DNA of 64,000 bases from Candidatus Poribacteria bacterium (GTDB lineage: Bacteria > Poribacteria > WGA-4E > WGA-3G), in assembly GCA_963665235.2 (NCBI GenBank), contig CAXXLX010000001.1, positions 960,001-1,024,000 on the forward strand, in the 5' to 3' direction. The position numbers and the translations under genes are program-made. Below the pieces are notes generated by a model. It made no database searches. It was not told the DNA's origin and saw only the letters and a list, made by a program, of their open reading frames with translations. Every line of letters begins with the position of its first letter. The stretch's first letter is position 1. This document shows positions 9,869-20,721 of this stretch, piece by piece.

Positions 9869-10364
9869 ACTTTCTGGATTCCAGCGGGTCAAACCGCGCA
9901 CAATCTGGCCACATGAAGCACAAGATTTCACACCCTGGATAGCGGGGAACATACCCCTCCTTGCCAGGGTGCTGAACATGGAATTGGAATTTGAAGCAAA
10001 AGAGAAAGATGTTGAGGGGTTCCGAGCTGACCTAGTGTGTCGTAACAAAGCGGACAACTCACGCGTTGTTATTGAAAACCAATTGGAGAAATCCGATCAT
10101 TCACACCTTGGTCAGGTCCTCACATACGCGGCTGGGCTACAAGCAATTACCCTCGTCTGGATTACGACAGAATTTCGTAATCCACATCGCGTAACGCTGG
10201 ATTGGCATAACGAAATAACGGATGCACGGTTTAAGTTCTTCGGTATAGAGCTGCGCACATGGCAATATGGTACAGCAAATTACTTTGCGGAGTTCGCTAT
10301 TGTCTCCAAACTACAGAATTGGACACTTTTAGAAGATTCGTTCCTGTACCGTATCCAAATTTAA
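9861..10364 (+). CDS. DUF4268-associated / NucS-like PD-(D/E)xK endonuclease-domain protein (short)
   Basis: 'WPHEAQDFTPW', 'RADLV', 'VVIENQLEKSDHSHLGQVLTYAAGL'; the usual C-terminal extension is missing. Confidence 0.7.
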   Translation: MPELSGFQRVKPRTIWPHEAQDFTPWIAGNIPLLARVLNMELEFEAKEKDVEGFRADLVCRNKADNSRVVIENQLEKSDHSHLGQVLTYAAGLQAITLVWITTEFRNPHRVTLDWHNEITDARFKFFGIELRTWQYGTANYFAEFAIVSKLQNWTLLEDSFLYRIQI

Positions 10365-10459
10365 ACATCCCTGGCTAAAGCTCAGATGCAGAAATCGGAA
10401 AGTAGTCAACAAATATAGGAAGGGGTAGGGGTATATCATGAAAATTACCAAGGTGAATT

Positions 10460-11467
10460 ATGTCACATGAAAACAGCACACCAAAAGCTGAGGAGACAGC
10501 ACACGCCTACGCAACCGACCCCACGTTTGTCCTCGTAGAGAGGGCGATAGCCGAGGCAGATATGCTGCAGAAAACGGGAAAAATTGCCGAAGCCGTTGAG
10601 AAATGGCGTGCAATCGCAAACATCACCGAAGGAACAGACAACGCACTCGCCGCAGACGCATGGGTCAACGCAGGACACCTTACAGTCCAGCTTGCAAGCA
10701 CGTATTGTAAGTTAGGGCATGGTAAAATCAAGGAGGCTATTGCCGCTTATGACAACGCAATACGGTTGGACCCAGAGCATGCAGAAGCCTATCTCCATCG
10801 AGGCAAAGCCAAAAATACCCTCGAACACTATGACGCTGCCCTCTCGGACCTCGATGAAGCCCTTCGGCTAAACCCGAATTGTGCCGAAGTCTATACCGCC
10901 CGGGGAGTTGCAAAATTCGGACTTGGCAAACACGAAGCCGCCTTTGCAGATTATGCAGCAGCACTTCGTCTAAATCCAAATTGTGCTGAAACCCACTACA
11001 ATCGGGGCATCGCGAAGATGAAACAGGGCGAATATGAATATGCTGTTGCTGAGTTTGACAAGGCACTTCGGATCAATCCAGATATGGCGGCAGCTTATCA
11101 CGGACTCGGATATGTGAAGTTCTACCTCGGACAATTCAAAGCAGCGATTGCTGACTACGCACGGGCAATCCATCTCGAGCCCAAGTGGGGTTCTAGTTAC
11201 ACCGCTCGAGGGCATTTGAAATATTCATTAGGACAACGTGAGGAGGCACTCGCTGACTATGAAGAAGCAATTCGAGTGGAACCTGAATTCGCCCACGGTT
11301 ATAGCTATAGAGCAGGCATGAAACTTCGCCAAGGCCGCGATGAAGAAGCGATAGCGGATTTGGAAACTGCTCTAAAATTGGCACAGGCAGCAGGGGATAC
11401 GCAACACCAAGCCTACGTTGAATCTTGGATTGAAGAATTGGACGAATCGAGAGGAGAAACCACATGA
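10460..11467 (+). CDS. Tetratricopeptide-repeat protein (paralog 2)
   Basis: TPR repeats; N-terminal ~60 aa nearly identical to 8846..9868. Confidence 0.9.
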   Translation: MSHENSTPKAEETAHAYATDPTFVLVERAIAEADMLQKTGKIAEAVEKWRAIANITEGTDNALAADAWVNAGHLTVQLASTYCKLGHGKIKEAIAAYDNAIRLDPEHAEAYLHRGKAKNTLEHYDAALSDLDEALRLNPNCAEVYTARGVAKFGLGKHEAAFADYAAALRLNPNCAETHYNRGIAKMKQGEYEYAVAEFDKALRINPDMAAAYHGLGYVKFYLGQFKAAIADYARAIHLEPKWGSSYTARGHLKYSLGQREEALADYEEAIRVEPEFAHGYSYRAGMKLRQGRDEEAIADLETALKLAQAAGDTQHQAYVESWIEELDESRGETT

Positions 11468-12306
11468 AACTCGGCTATAGCACATGGGGAATGCCCACTG
11501 TTCCAGTAGACACCGCTATTTCCCATATCGCCAACCTCGGATTTGATGGTATCGAGCTGACTATCATCCAACGTTTTACGACCGAACTGAGCACACTCCA
11601 TGCAGCAGAGCGGAAACGGATTGCTGCTTTGCTGAAACAGCACAACTTAGCTTTACCAGCAATTGCCGCACATTCCAATCTGATGGATGTTGACGCAGAG
11701 TCCCATGCTAGAAATATGTGGCGACTCAAAGGCGGCGTTGACCTAGCAGTTGAACTTGCACAGGGGGACGAGCTCCCCGCAGTTAATACAACCCCCGGCG
11801 GAAAACCGGAGGAGTGGAACACAAAGAAAGACTTCCTCGTTGAACGGGTCGGCGCACTAGTTGATTATGCAGCTTCACGGGGGGTCACGATAGCGATGGA
11901 GCCACACATCGGCGCAATTATCGATACACCCGCCAAGGTGCTTGAACTTCTGGAAATTGTTAACTCGCCGTATCTCAAAGTCAACTTTGACATCAGTCAT
12001 TTCGACATTGTCGGCATGCCAACGGAGGAGACGGTGTCCGCGTTAGCTGCGGTCTCGGCACATACACATGTCAAAGACCAACGCGGTATTGCCCCAGATT
12101 TTGAATTCCTTATCCCCGGCGAAGGCACTTTCGACTATGTCGATTATCTTAAAAGGATGCAAGCACACGGATATGATGGTTTTATCACAGCCGAAGTCAG
12201 TTTTATGGTGCAGGCGCGCGAAAACTATGATCCGCTTGCTGCTGCTACGTTGTCATATCAAACATTGTCTAAAGCGTTCGTTGATGCCGGACTTGAACGA
12301 AATTGA
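11464..12306 (+). CDS. Sugar phosphate isomerase/epimerase (AP endonuclease 2 TIM barrel)
   Basis: GFDGIEL, MEPH, FDISHF, HTHVKD, PGEG and 'GYDGFITAE' motifs. Confidence 0.85.
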   Translation: MKLGYSTWGMPTVPVDTAISHIANLGFDGIELTIIQRFTTELSTLHAAERKRIAALLKQHNLALPAIAAHSNLMDVDAESHARNMWRLKGGVDLAVELAQGDELPAVNTTPGGKPEEWNTKKDFLVERVGALVDYAASRGVTIAMEPHIGAIIDTPAKVLELLEIVNSPYLKVNFDISHFDIVGMPTEETVSALAAVSAHTHVKDQRGIAPDFEFLIPGEGTFDYVDYLKRMQAHGYDGFITAEVSFMVQARENYDPLAAATLSYQTLSKAFVDAGLERN

Positions 12307-12327
12307 CCAGTTATATATGGAGCGGCT

Positions 12328-13704
12328 ATGAAACCTAACATTCTTCTTCTCATGACAGACCAGCAGCGGTGGGATGCAATGGGCTGCAGCGGTGGATGGG
12401 TACAAACCCCCAACCTGGATAAAATTGCAAGTGAAGGGGTCCGATTTACCAACTGCGTCACGACCTCCCCCGTTTGTATTCCGACGCGTCTTAGTTTAGC
12501 AACAGGACTTTACCCACACAACACCGGTGTTTGGAACAATATGCGGCATACAATGTCCGCAGAAACACCGACCTGGATGCAAGCAGTACGTAACGCCGGA
12601 TATCGCACCAGCCTTTTCGGTAAAACGCACCTCCACCCGCACAACGGAGACTTACGCGAACGTGAAGACCTGATGCACGCCTACGGATTAGACGATGTGA
12701 ACGAAATCGGCGGACCGCGGGCGAGCGCGAATGTGCTATCTCACATGACAGCACTGTGGGAAGAAAAAGGATTGTGGAAAGCATACCGCGCCGATTATCG
12801 CGAACGATTCAGCACAAAACCTTACCTCGTCCGTCCCTCTGTCCTTGAGCTCGAAGACTACGCCGATGTCTACGTCGGACAGCAAGCGAAGCAATATCTT
12901 CAAAATTATGACCGACATGAACCGTGGTGCTGCTGGGTCAGTTTCGGTGGCCCTCATGAACCGTGGGATACACCTGAACCCTACGCCAGCATGTACGACC
13001 CGAACGATATGCCGCCGCCAATACCGCGTCCCGCTTCAGGTGAACGTCCCCGCGGAAATTTGGATAGTATGATGGAACGCATGAATCCCAAATTTGAAGC
13101 GGGGGAGGTCGGAAGATTACGCGCCGACTATGCAGGGAACGTCACGCTTATTGATGCACAGATTGGTGAAATCCTTGATGCAATTCAGGAACGCGGTGAA
13201 CTAGAGAATACCGTTATCGTTCACTGCTCCGACCACGGTGAAATGAATGGCGATTACGGATTGATTTACAAAAGCAATTTCCTCAACGGTGCCGTCCGTG
13301 TCCCGCTATTAGTGCGAACGCCAGAGACGGCAAAAAACCCCCACGCTGCAAACGTGTCTGAAACCCCCGTGGAGTGGATTGATATCGGGCCCACACTCGT
13401 TCAATTGGCAGGCGGTGAGTTGAAACATCGCCAATTCGGTAAATCGTTGTGTCCCGTTCTTGATGATACCGAAGCAACACATCGTGAATTTGCGATTTCT
13501 GAAATATCGGGTGAAATTATGTTGCTGAATCAGGAGTGGAAAATTGCGCTAAACGCTGATGGATTGCCCTATCTCCTATTTAATGTGCAAAACGACCCCG
13601 ATGAAACAAACAATCTTGCGGGGTTACCCGAAATGAAGGAATTAGAGACACAGCTACGGTTGCAAATTTTAGAACACCTGTTTCAAACTCAGACCAAAAA
13701 ATAG
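12328..13704 (+). CDS. Sulfatase (formylglycine-dependent)
   Basis: KPNILLLMTDQQR, CIPTR (CxPxR), GKTHL, PHEP and SDHGEM motifs. Confidence 0.93.
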   Translation: MKPNILLLMTDQQRWDAMGCSGGWVQTPNLDKIASEGVRFTNCVTTSPVCIPTRLSLATGLYPHNTGVWNNMRHTMSAETPTWMQAVRNAGYRTSLFGKTHLHPHNGDLREREDLMHAYGLDDVNEIGGPRASANVLSHMTALWEEKGLWKAYRADYRERFSTKPYLVRPSVLELEDYADVYVGQQAKQYLQNYDRHEPWCCWVSFGGPHEPWDTPEPYASMYDPNDMPPPIPRPASGERPRGNLDSMMERMNPKFEAGEVGRLRADYAGNVTLIDAQIGEILDAIQERGELENTVIVHCSDHGEMNGDYGLIYKSNFLNGAVRVPLLVRTPETAKNPHAANVSETPVEWIDIGPTLVQLAGGELKHRQFGKSLCPVLDDTEATHREFAISEISGEIMLLNQEWKIALNADGLPYLLFNVQNDPDETNNLAGLPEMKELETQLRLQILEHLFQTQTKK

Positions 13705-13799
13705 TCCATTCTTGCCCCATTTCGTGCAGAATGCTATAAAATCCGCCCCATTTCGTGCAAGATACCAAAATGCCATCCTACAACGTTGGGTGAATGTGC

Positions 13800-16034
13800 T
13801 CATTCACGCAACTGTCCAAGAATAGGCGGTTTGCGCTGTTTTTTCTGAATATCGGAAGCGGAATTGACTGCGGGCACTTCGGGCTGCCCATAAATTTCAA
13901 CGTAATTGTCATAGCTATTGATTACCTTTTTGATATGCAGCCGGGTCTCCCGGATAGTAATTTTTTCAACAAACTCGTCAATATCCTTGATATTTTTTGA
14001 CGAGACCCACCGCTTCATCCGTCCAGGGCCGCCGTTGTAGGCACCGGTCACCAACATTGCGTCACTATCAAAGAGTGAGTTGAGGTAGCGAATGTACTTC
14101 ACACCCATCTGAATGTTAATTTCGGGGTTTTTAAGCATCGTAGTACGGAATCGGCGGATTTTGAGTTGCCGTGCAAGTTCTCTGCCGGTTGCTGGCATAA
14201 TCTGCATCAACCCAATTGCCCCCGCCCAGCTGATTGCATCTGCGCGATAGCGGCTCTCCTCCAAAATCATGGCGAAAATTAAGAAGGCATCTACCTGATA
14301 TAACTTCGCGTACTTCTCAATTAGGGATGCGTAGTGACGTGGATAGAGCAACTGCTGAAGCTTCTCCGCCTCTGTTCGCGTCTGATTTTCAAAAGCTGGG
14401 CTAGCGAGTGCTTTTTCGACAACCTCTCGCGCTTTATCGTACTGCGCCAACCGTTCATAACAGGAAATCAAGGCATAGAAACACGCCTGTGATGTTTTCG
14501 GGGCTGCCTGGATGTGATGGGTTAATTGGTAAATAGCATCCTCATAAAGACTGAGCTTCATCAACATTTCAACCTGCTCTGGGCACGCTGTACGCGGTGG
14601 CAATTGTGTATTCGGTATGGCACGCGGTTCCAATTCGGAGGGGGAAATGCCTAAAAGTGCCTTGGCTCTTGCGCTGTAATACCAGTAGCCTGCCCTCGCG
14701 ACTTCGGTGTATAACGCTTGTGCAAGTATAGGTTTGTTTTGCCGTTCCCGAATTTTTGCCATCCAGAAATGCGCGCCCATCGCATAGCGGTTTCCGGGGA
14801 AGTTTTCCTTTATCCCTTTAAAAAACTGGTAGCTTTCCTCGTAACGTTTTTCGTCAAAACGTTGCCATGCAATGCGCCAAGCTGCCCAATCCGCATATTC
14901 GCTTTTCGGTGCTGCCGCAATTAACCGCTCATACACCTTCATTGCCAATTCGGATTTTTTCTGTTTTTCATGTATCTGTGCTAGGTCATAGAGTGCATCA
15001 TCTACCAATTCGCTCCAGGTATAGGTCTTCACAAAATTTTCCAGTCGGTTTATCGCACTTTGCAAGCTGCCTTTCTGTTTATAGCATTGTGCAATTTGGT
15101 AGTAGGCACGTGTGAGATATTGTGTTTTATCACCGAGCGCGATAACGGCATTATACTTTTTGAGCGCGCTATTATACCATTTTTGACCTTGATGACACTT
15201 CCCCAGAAAGTAGAGGGCGCGTCCTCGCAATTTCAGGTTAGAGCTATAGGTAAGCGGTGTAAATTCGGATATAGCGGCCTTCCATTTTCCATGATGAAAA
15301 AACACCAACCCACAATTTACGCGGTCGATTTGGGTTAGCATCAGAGCCATATCCTGTCTCGCGAGCAATTTGAGTCGACCTAATGTCTTCTCAGCAACGG
15401 CATCGGAATGCCTGTCCGTAAGAAGTTGTTGATAGGCACGGTAAGCGTCTGTAACGTTTTCGAGTTCTTCATTGCAACGTGCTAAAGCGTACGTTGCCTT
15501 TCTAGCATAACGCGTATTTTCGACGAGTGTCGTTAGGAGCGGTTTTGCCGCTTCATATTTTTCCTGTTTTAGATAAAGTTGTGCCAAAGCCCATTTCGCT
15601 TCGGTGTGATAAAAGCTACTCGGGTAATCCTTGACGAGCTGTGAATACTCCTTTATTGCCCGTGTGTCGTTCTTCATATCTTCATAAAGTCGTGCAAGCC
15701 GGTAGATGGCACAATCCGCAAGCGGATAACTGAGAAAGGCGACCCGTGTATAATGACGCACCGCTTCCGAGCGATTGTTCAGTTTTTCATAGCAATACCC
15801 TAGCACATGATGAATTTCCCGTTTCTCCGGCTCAGATAACTCAGGACTTAGGAGTGCTTTCAGTTTTGAAACAGCAAGCCGGTGGTTACCTTTATCGACA
15901 AGTGCTAAAGCACTCTCTAGGTCATCGGCAGAAACCGGCATGCCCACCATCAAGCAACTGTAAACTAGTATTAGCAAAACCAACACGGACTTCCGCCATA
16001 TTAAAATTGTTCGCATTCTGGCAAAAAACTGCAT
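13800..16034 (-). CDS. TPR-containing soluble lytic murein transglycosylase (Slt-like)
   Basis: TPR array plus SLT domain 'EESRY...GAIGLMQIMPAT...AYNGGPG...ETRLH'. Confidence 0.9.
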   Translation of the reverse strand: MQFFARMRTILIWRKSVLVLLILVYSCLMVGMPVSADDLESALALVDKGNHRLAVSKLKALLSPELSEPEKREIHHVLGYCYEKLNNRSEAVRHYTRVAFLSYPLADCAIYRLARLYEDMKNDTRAIKEYSQLVKDYPSSFYHTEAKWALAQLYLKQEKYEAAKPLLTTLVENTRYARKATYALARCNEELENVTDAYRAYQQLLTDRHSDAVAEKTLGRLKLLARQDMALMLTQIDRVNCGLVFFHHGKWKAAISEFTPLTYSSNLKLRGRALYFLGKCHQGQKWYNSALKKYNAVIALGDKTQYLTRAYYQIAQCYKQKGSLQSAINRLENFVKTYTWSELVDDALYDLAQIHEKQKKSELAMKVYERLIAAAPKSEYADWAAWRIAWQRFDEKRYEESYQFFKGIKENFPGNRYAMGAHFWMAKIRERQNKPILAQALYTEVARAGYWYYSARAKALLGISPSELEPRAIPNTQLPPRTACPEQVEMLMKLSLYEDAIYQLTHHIQAAPKTSQACFYALISCYERLAQYDKAREVVEKALASPAFENQTRTEAEKLQQLLYPRHYASLIEKYAKLYQVDAFLIFAMILEESRYRADAISWAGAIGLMQIMPATGRELARQLKIRRFRTTMLKNPEINIQMGVKYIRYLNSLFDSDAMLVTGAYNGGPGRMKRWVSSKNIKDIDEFVEKITIRETRLHIKKVINSYDNYVEIYGQPEVPAVNSASDIQKKQRKPPILGQLRE

Positions 16035-16052
16035 ATCTTTATTCCTACTGTT

Positions 16053-16167
16053 CAGGACTTACGCAAATTTAGCAGACCCCTTGTAGGGGCGGGGTCCCCC
16101 CGCCCGCTAGGTTTCCCCCTATGCTCCCACTATCATAAGGGTTTATCAACGCGCTGCGTCCGTCCTG
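16053..16167 (+). mobile_element. MITE family B (CAGGACTTACGCA TIR, 5-bp TSD) carrying a GTAG REP hairpin
   Basis: 115 bp; CTGTT at 16048-52 and 16168-72; internal GTAGGGGCGGGGTCCCCCCGCCC. Confidence 0.9.
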
Positions 16168-16349
16168 CTGTTTTTAAGTTCTCCAAACATGTTTGTTAGT
16201 TCAATTGAATAGAATAACCTACGTAGTTTTAATTATAACGTCATTTAAAGGCAAAAGACAACAAAAAAGAGAATTATTTCCAAAATTTGTGAAATTATGC
16301 TATACTTAATAGTAGAGATTCATAACTGAACTTGAAAGGAGCAGAAATT

Positions 16350-17123
16350 ATGGAAATTGTAGCACTTGGAAAAACAGGATTAGAGGTTTCACGCCTCTCA
16401 ATTGGCACCGGGTCAAACGGGTGGAACGGACGCTCAAATCAAACCGATTTAGGATTTGAAGGATTACGCGACCTGCTGCTGTTCTCACATGAAAAAGGCG
16501 TGACGTTTTGGGATTCCGCAGACCAGTACGGAAGCCATCCGCATGTGAAAGAAGCCCTCAAACATGTGCCTCGGAGCAGTGTCACCATTACAACAAAGAC
16601 GGTATCGCGCACACGTGAAACTGTTGAGGCGGATGTAAAACGGTTTCTCAAAGAAATCGGCTCTGACTATGTGGATATTGTCCTGCTTCACTGCCTCACA
16701 CAGATAGACTGGCCACAACGGTATCCGGATGCAATGGAAGCCCTTGTTCGTTGTAAGGAGCAGGGCCTGATCCGAGCACACGGTGTATCCTGCCACGACT
16801 ACGGCGCATTCCAGACATCCGCCATGACTGAATGGGTGGAGGTTGTACTGGCACGGATTAATTACGCCGGCGTTCAGATGGACGCATCCCCTGCCGATGT
16901 TATCCGAACGATGGAACAGATGGCGTTTGTCGGCAAAGGCATTTACGGCATGAAGGTCCTCGGCATGGGAAAATTGGCGAAAGATGCAGAGAGCCAACGC
17001 GAAGCAATTGAATTTGTGATGGGACTCCCCTGTGTTCACGCCATGACTATCGGCATGACCTCTCAGGCTGAAGTGGAGGCAAATGTAGCTGTTGTTAACG
17101 AATTATCGGAGGACACTGCGTAA
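16350..17123 (+). CDS. Aldo/keto reductase
   Basis: LGKTGLEVSRLSIGT, DSADQYG, DYVDIVLLH and GVSCH motifs; AAGGAG RBS before ATG 16350. Confidence 0.9.
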   Translation: MEIVALGKTGLEVSRLSIGTGSNGWNGRSNQTDLGFEGLRDLLLFSHEKGVTFWDSADQYGSHPHVKEALKHVPRSSVTITTKTVSRTRETVEADVKRFLKEIGSDYVDIVLLHCLTQIDWPQRYPDAMEALVRCKEQGLIRAHGVSCHDYGAFQTSAMTEWVEVVLARINYAGVQMDASPADVIRTMEQMAFVGKGIYGMKVLGMGKLAKDAESQREAIEFVMGLPCVHAMTIGMTSQAEVEANVAVVNELSEDTA

Positions 17124-17208
17124 CCTTTGTTATTGTTGTTTACTAGTAAGCGGGTTGCCCCGCTTTGGGGCAACTCACACCGTTTCGCGAATACGAGAGT
17201 GAAAATTC

Positions 17209-18654
17209 ATGGAAAAATATGAAATAGTTATCGGTTTAGAAATCCACGCGGAGTTATGCACAGAGAGCAAATTATTTTGCAACTGTGCTTATACCTTTGG
17301 TGCCTCGGCAAACGACTGTACCTGCCCAATCTGTTTAGGGATGCCGGGGACGCTGCCCGTTATCAATCACCGCGCGTTGGAGTTCGCCATTCGCGCAGGA
17401 TTGGCGATGGGATGCAACATCACACCACACAGTAAATTCGATCGGAAAAACTATTTCTACCCCGACCTGCCGAAAAATTATCAGATTTCACAATACGACC
17501 TTCCGTTGTGTAGCAATGGAGCCGTAACGTTCGAATTCAATGGGCACCCCCAGACCATCAACCTCCGTAGAATTCATCTCGAAGAGGACGCTGGTAAATC
17601 CATTCACGCTGACGTTACAGGCGACCCAACGCGGAGTTTTATGGATTTCAATCGCGCAGGAGTTCCGCTACTGGAAATTGTCAGCGAACCGGAAATTCAT
17701 TCCCCCCAAGAAGCCATCGCATACTGCCGAGCTGTCAAAGAGATTCTAGAATACATTGAGGTGAGCGATTGCAACATGGAGGAGGGCAGCCTCCGATGTG
17801 AACCGAATATCTCCTTGCGACCCAAAGGCAGTGAAGAATTAGGCACACGCACCGAAATTAAAAATAAAAACTCGTTTCAAGAGCTGCTCGTCGCAATGGA
17901 ATATGAGGTGAAACGGCAGGCACGCATCCTCGACGCGGGCGACAAGGTGGTTCAAGAGACGCTGCTGTTCGATGCAAATACGGGAAAGACCGTCGCAATG
18001 CGTGGAAAAGAGGAAGCGGACGACTATCGCTATTTTCCTGAACCCGATCTGGTTCACGTCCGGATTGATGATGAATGGATTGAGAAAATTCAGCCAACGC
18101 TCCCGGAACTTCCCGCTGACCGCCGCAAACGGTTCATCGCAAAGTACGACATCTCCCCTGAAAACGCTGAATTCTTAACCACCACCCGACAACTCGCTGA
18201 GTTCTTCGAGGAAGCAGCGGAAAAAAGCGGCAAACCGACTGCCTGCGCAAACTGGATTATGGGAGACCTCACACGGCTGCTCAATACCGCCGAAATTGAA
18301 ATTCAGGACGCAAAGGTTACGCCAGCACATCTCCACGAACTCATTCAGTTGATAGACGATGACACCATCAGTGGGAAGATTGCTAAATCTGTGCTGGATG
18401 ACGCATTCGACACCGGTAAGATGCCGAAACAAATCGTTGAAGAAAAGGGCTTAGCCCAGATTACCGACACCTCCGAAATAGAGGCTGTCGTCTTAGAGGT
18501 TATTGCGGAAAACCCTGGGCCCGCTGAGGATTACCGAAACGGCACAAAGAAGGCCATCGGATTTCTTGTCGGGCAGGTGATGCGGAAAACGCAAGGAAAG
18601 GCAAACCCGCAATTGGTAAATCAGCTCTTGACGCAGGAGTTGACGACAGATTGA
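17209..18654 (+). CDS. gatB: Asp/Glu-tRNA amidotransferase subunit B
   Basis: IGLEIHAEL, RKNYFYPDLPKNYQISQ, HLEEDAGK and DYRYFPEPDL motifs. Confidence 0.98.
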   Translation: MEKYEIVIGLEIHAELCTESKLFCNCAYTFGASANDCTCPICLGMPGTLPVINHRALEFAIRAGLAMGCNITPHSKFDRKNYFYPDLPKNYQISQYDLPLCSNGAVTFEFNGHPQTINLRRIHLEEDAGKSIHADVTGDPTRSFMDFNRAGVPLLEIVSEPEIHSPQEAIAYCRAVKEILEYIEVSDCNMEEGSLRCEPNISLRPKGSEELGTRTEIKNKNSFQELLVAMEYEVKRQARILDAGDKVVQETLLFDANTGKTVAMRGKEEADDYRYFPEPDLVHVRIDDEWIEKIQPTLPELPADRRKRFIAKYDISPENAEFLTTTRQLAEFFEEAAEKSGKPTACANWIMGDLTRLLNTAEIEIQDAKVTPAHLHELIQLIDDDTISGKIAKSVLDDAFDTGKMPKQIVEEKGLAQITDTSEIEAVVLEVIAENPGPAEDYRNGTKKAIGFLVGQVMRKTQGKANPQLVNQLLTQELTTD

Positions 18655-18698
18655 GGCACTCTAACAAACTCAGTTTATAGCTCGGATAAGGAGAGTTT

Positions 18699-19460
18699 AT
18701 GAAAAAATTAACCGCCCTCCAGACACCTCCCGGACTTTTTTCTGATACAACGGATGCGGTTAAAAATAACGTGTTCTCCACCGAGCGGGTCGTACAAGCC
18801 CCGCCTCTGACACTGCCAGATTTTCTAAAACCGAATACACGGTTAAAGATGGATGGTTTGGAACTTCTCTCTCACCTGCCAAAAGAATCGGTGCCTGTAG
18901 CGTTTCTTGACCCACAGTATAGAGGCGTACTTGATAAAATGAATTACGGCAATGAGGGTAAAAACCGAGAGAAACGCAGATGTGCATTGGTCCAAATGCC
19001 TGAAGAATTAATTGCTGAATTCATTCGGGGCATTGACAATGTGCTTATCCCATCTGGACATCTGTTTCTGTGGATAGATAAGTTTCACCTTTGCCAGGGG
19101 TTCAAAACGTGGTTTGATGATACACAGTTAGACGTTGTCGACCTAATCGTCTGGAATAAAGATAGGTTCGGCATGGGGTACCGGTCCAGACGTGTGAGCG
19201 AATATTGTGTTGTGCTACAGAAACACCCGAGAAAGGCGAAGGGAGTTTGGCAAATTCATAACATCCGAGATGTTTGGCTCGAACGAACGAAAACAAAAGT
19301 GCATCCCCATCAGAAACCTGTCGGTTTACAGGCAGAGCTCATCGCTGCTGTCAGCAATGAAGGTGATTATATAATCGATCCGGCTGCCGGCTCCTTTTCT
19401 GTCATGGAGGCGGCACACGCAAGAAACCGGAATTTCATCGGCTGTGATCTGGAGGGGTAA
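18699..19460 (+). CDS. Orphan amino-DNA methyltransferase (beta class, N6_N4_Mtase)
   Basis: Catalytic motif variant DPQY, HPHQKP, motif I DPAAGS, FIGCDL. Confidence 0.85.
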   Translation: MKKLTALQTPPGLFSDTTDAVKNNVFSTERVVQAPPLTLPDFLKPNTRLKMDGLELLSHLPKESVPVAFLDPQYRGVLDKMNYGNEGKNREKRRCALVQMPEELIAEFIRGIDNVLIPSGHLFLWIDKFHLCQGFKTWFDDTQLDVVDLIVWNKDRFGMGYRSRRVSEYCVVLQKHPRKAKGVWQIHNIRDVWLERTKTKVHPHQKPVGLQAELIAAVSNEGDYIIDPAAGSFSVMEAAHARNRNFIGCDLEG

Positions 19461-19462
19461 GG

Positions 19463-20721
19463 TTGGAAAACTTGAGACATAAAGATGAATCGTGGGACTT
19501 TCGAGCAGCAGATACTAAAGAGTACACCCACTGTTTCCACACTTATCCGGCGATGATGGTTCCGCAAATCGCCAGACGATTGCTAAAGCAATATGGAGTC
19601 AAAGGTAGATGGCTCCTCGACCCATATTGTGGTACGGGCACCTCACTGGTTGAGGCATCTCTATTCGGTATGCACAGCGTCGGATGTGACATCAACCCCC
19701 TCGCGCGCCTGATTGCTACCGCAAAATTGACCCCCATCCCTCTGAAAATGCTTGACAGTGAACTAAATCCGTTAAACAATGCACTCTTTCAGGTTGAATT
19801 TCGAACAGACCAGGTGCCAGCCGCGCCGATTCCGCATTTCCCAAATCTGGAGTATTGGTTTTCTGAAGGGGTTATCAGATGTCTCGCCTACTTACAGCAT
19901 CAAATTAACAGAATAGCAGATCAAGCGGTTCGGAATTTTACCACGTAGCGTTTTCGGAGACGGTTCGTGAGGTATCCTATACACGGACAAGTGCGTTTAA
20001 GTTGCACCGAATGCCAGCAGAAAAACTTGAAAACTTTAATCCTGATGTTTTTGGTATCTTTCGCAAAAAACTGTATAGGAACAGACAAGGTTTGATGACA
20101 TATATGGAAAAACGCAAAAATGTAGAGGTGTCGGTTTGTAGTGCCAACACAGTACAAGGTGAACTTCCAATGTCACGTCCGCCTGGCGGTTACGACCTGG
20201 TGATTACGTCTCCGCCCTATGGCGATTCGCAAACTACGGTCGCTTATGGGCAATTTTCTCGGCTGTCCGCAGAATGGCTCGGGCTGCCGAACGCACGAAA
20301 AATTGATAGGCTCGCCATGGGGGGCACTCCTGCCAGTGAAACATTGATGGATACCCCTGTTTCATCTGCTATTCAAGAAATCCGTTCAATTGATGAAAAG
20401 CGAGCCCGAGAGGTTTCCGCCTTTTATATTGACCTGAAACATAGTATTGATTCAGTGGCAAAAGTGCTTTCTCCGCATGCCACAATTTGTTATGTTGTTG
20501 GCAACCGGCGCGTTAAGGACGTTTTGCTGCCAACAGACGAGTTTGTCGTCTTTGCCTTCGGCAAACATGGGTTTTCACACAAGCACACCGTGGTTCGGAA
20601 CATTCCGAATAAGCGGATGCCCAAGAAAAATAGCCCCTCCAATATTGCCGGGCAAACCGCAACGACGATGCACGAAGAAAACGTTGTTACCTGTCAAAGG
20701 ACAGCTGCCCTATGTCCGTAG
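19463..20721 (+). pseudogene. Frameshifted N4-cytosine-type DNA methyltransferase (alpha class)
   Basis: 5' ORF has HTYPAMMVPQ and DPYCGTGT; 3' ORF has VITSPPY and VVGNRR. Adding one base near 19937-41 (T-run) restores '...VAFSETVREVS'. Confidence 0.8.

Noticed and set aside
8886-10668. DGR or shufflon behind the TPR duplication
   Set aside because: There is no reverse transcriptase, recombinase or inverted site; ordinary paralogy explains it.
13714-13760. 15-bp direct repeat GCCCCATTTCGTGCA between convergent genes
   Set aside because: Only two copies and not seen elsewhere in the window; no function can be supported.
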